A stretch of DNA of 63,944 nt, filler included, from Octopus bimaculoides (taxonomy: Eukaryota), in NCBI RefSeq assembly GCF_001194135.2. It is 7 parts of 7 records of this genome, joined end to end, with 100 filler letters (N's around TTAATTAATTAA, not from the genome) between each part and the next. Parts side by side here need not be neighbours in the genome. Positions count along the whole stretch, not along the records: positions 55,623 to 62,838 come from NC_068992.1; positions 62,939 to 63,944 come from NW_026429952.1; 5 more parts are not named here. One strand, written 5' to 3'. Below the pieces are notes generated by a model. That model searched no databases. It was not told where the DNA came from and saw nothing but the letters and a program-made list of their open reading frames with translations. The position numbers and the translations under genes were made by a program. Positions 62,097 through 63,944 of this stretch are shown here, piece after piece. Numbering within the stretch: position 1 is the first letter of the stretch; the number at the start of each line of letters is the position of its first letter.

Positions 62097-62419
62097 ATCT
62101 GTCCATCTGTCTATCTATTTATTTATCTATCTGCCTGCCTGTATATCTATCAATCTAATTCATCTAACTATCTACTTGTCTATCACTCTGCCCTGAGCCG
62201 CCTTACAAACGTCCCCTTTTTCGCTTTTTTTCAACCTTCACTTTTTTCATTCCCTCTTTCTTCCCCTTTCTACCTTGCCTTCTTTCTTCATCTCCTTTTG
62301 TTATTCTTCCTTGATCATTCGTCCTTTCATCAACTCCACATAAGCTACGAAGCAGCTGCACCATTTCAAGGCAGTTCCTTCCTCATTGCTTCCTCCGAAA
62401 TCTCACTGCAAGGCTGGCC

Positions 62420-62470
62420 TTCCACGCCCCGCTTGCAGGAGCCGGGGGAAGGGGAGGAATACGTCAAAAG
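62420..62470. promoter_or_regulatory. Possible promoter motifs (KLF/Sp CCACGCCCC; CRE-like TACGTCA)
   Basis: Motifs in a locally GC-rich patch; short motifs could be chance. Confidence 0.2.
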
Positions 62471-62795
62471 CCCTTCTACACTTCTATGAATGGAAATGTT
62501 GCTGCGTGTCTATATGTGAAGGTGTGTGAATGTGGATGCGAAAAGTGTATGTGTGTACTTCTGTTTATTTTTCACTCAATTACATAAACTAAACACATCT
62601 GTGTATCTATATACATGTATATGTATTTATACATAAATATTTTTCTCTTTATTTATGCGTACTTATATATATATATAAATATATATATACATGCATACAT
62701 ACATACATACGTACATACATATATATACATACGTACATGTGTGTATATATGTGTGTGTGTCTATCTATGCGTTTGATAGATAGATAGATAGATAC

Positions 62796-62838
<43 letters not shown>

Positions 62839-62938
62839 NNNNNNNNNNNNNNNNNNNNNNNNNNNNNNNNNNNNNNNNNNNNTTAATTAATTAANNNNNN
62901 NNNNNNNNNNNNNNNNNNNNNNNNNNNNNNNNNNNNNN

Positions 62939-63868
62939 CACGAATTGTTGCCATGGCAACCACTGAGGTGTGGGCTGGAGCATTGTCTCGATGAAAAAGG
63001 ACTCCTCTGGTGAGCATTCCAAGCCTTTTTGCTATGTTTGCTTCTCGGAGGCGTTTCAGTAGCTGAGAATAATACAGCCCTGTCACGTTGTGACCCTTTT
63101 CAAGGGAAACGATCTGCAAAACACCTTGAGAATCCTCAAAAACTGATGCCATGACCTTGCCAGCTAAAGAAATGACCCTGGCCTTCTTTGGGGTAGGAGA
63201 AGATGTGTGCTTCCACTGCTTTGATTGTTCTTTGGTTTCAGGCTGGTAGTGATGAACCCAATTTTCTTCCATAGTAATGAAACGAGAAAATTCTCTTCAT
63301 CGGCTTCAAACAGTTCCAGATCGCTCGTGGACAAAGTGCACCTGGTGCGTTTCTGTTCAGGAGTCAAAAGGCGAGGGACCCACCTTGCAGAAACGTTTGA
63401 GAACCCAAGTTCTTTTGTCACAATGTTGTCTGCACTTTCAGTTGAGATGCCCAGTCTCTCGGCTATCTGACGACATGATATTCGACGATCTTGCATCATC
63501 ATACCAAGAGCAAGGTCAAGGTTGTCCTTGGTGGTTGCAGTTGAAGGTCTCCCTGGTATGGGATCATTCCTCCACACCCTCCCTGCCACGTTGGAATTCA
63601 TTTACCCAGCGTTTAACTGTTGCATATGAAGGTGCATTGTCTGTTAAGCTTCTCACCATATCGTCATGGATTTCTGATGGAGTCATGCCTTTCAAATGAA
63701 GGTACTTTATGACAGCACGATACTCAGTTTTCTCCATTTTCCTTGTAATCTCGACACTTGTTTATTCAAAAATCTGCAACAAAAAAAATTAAAATATCAG
63801 AATCATGAAAATTAGCTACGTAGTAGCCCCTTTCTAGGTTAGATTCAAAACTTTTCATGCACCCATCG
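62939..63868 (-). mobile_element. Mariner transposon, 5' TIR plus disrupted transposase (ATG at 63737), truncated by gap
   Basis: ta|cgatgggtgcatgaaaagttttg TIR; MEKTEYRAVIKYL..KGMTPSEIH, GRPST, ARWVPRLLT, T.EENWVHHY, FHRDNAPAHTS; frameshifts. Confidence 0.95.
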
Positions 63869-63944
63869 TATATATGTATATAGATATGTATGTATATATA
63901 TGTGTGTGTATATATGTATATACATATGTATGTATATATATATA

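Overview
Gappy (about 7.5 kb of N), AT-rich, microsatellite-laden metazoan genomic DNA. The SINE, RTE, Penelope and Tc1/mariner content suggests an octopod cephalopod draft assembly; this is an inference. No intact, identifiable protein-coding gene, rRNA, true tRNA gene or CRISPR array is supported, and most listed ORFs are simple-repeat or gap artefacts. The window is mostly decayed mobile DNA: more than 30 copies or fragments of tRNA-derived SINEs (families A-D here), three RTE-clade LINE remnants, Penelope-like (PLE) RT and GIY-YIG fragments, a Tc1 element with both TIRs, a mariner, hAT derivatives and possible Tx1/L1-like remnants. Several short segments with strong splice signals suggest spliced transcripts cross the region, but none could be assigned a product. 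The top observation is a ~240-250 bp element present twice (10501-10753; 21666-21903, the latter with a 16-bp TSD). It joins a tRNA-derived Pol III head, an (AAT)n linker and a minimal type I hammerhead ribozyme (HHR) of the PLE kind. Both copies lie beside PLE remnants, and further degenerate or variant HHR-like motifs occur at 22102-22135, 22219-22302 and 42244-42287. Coordinates were read by eye; repeat boundaries are approximate to about 10-20 bp.
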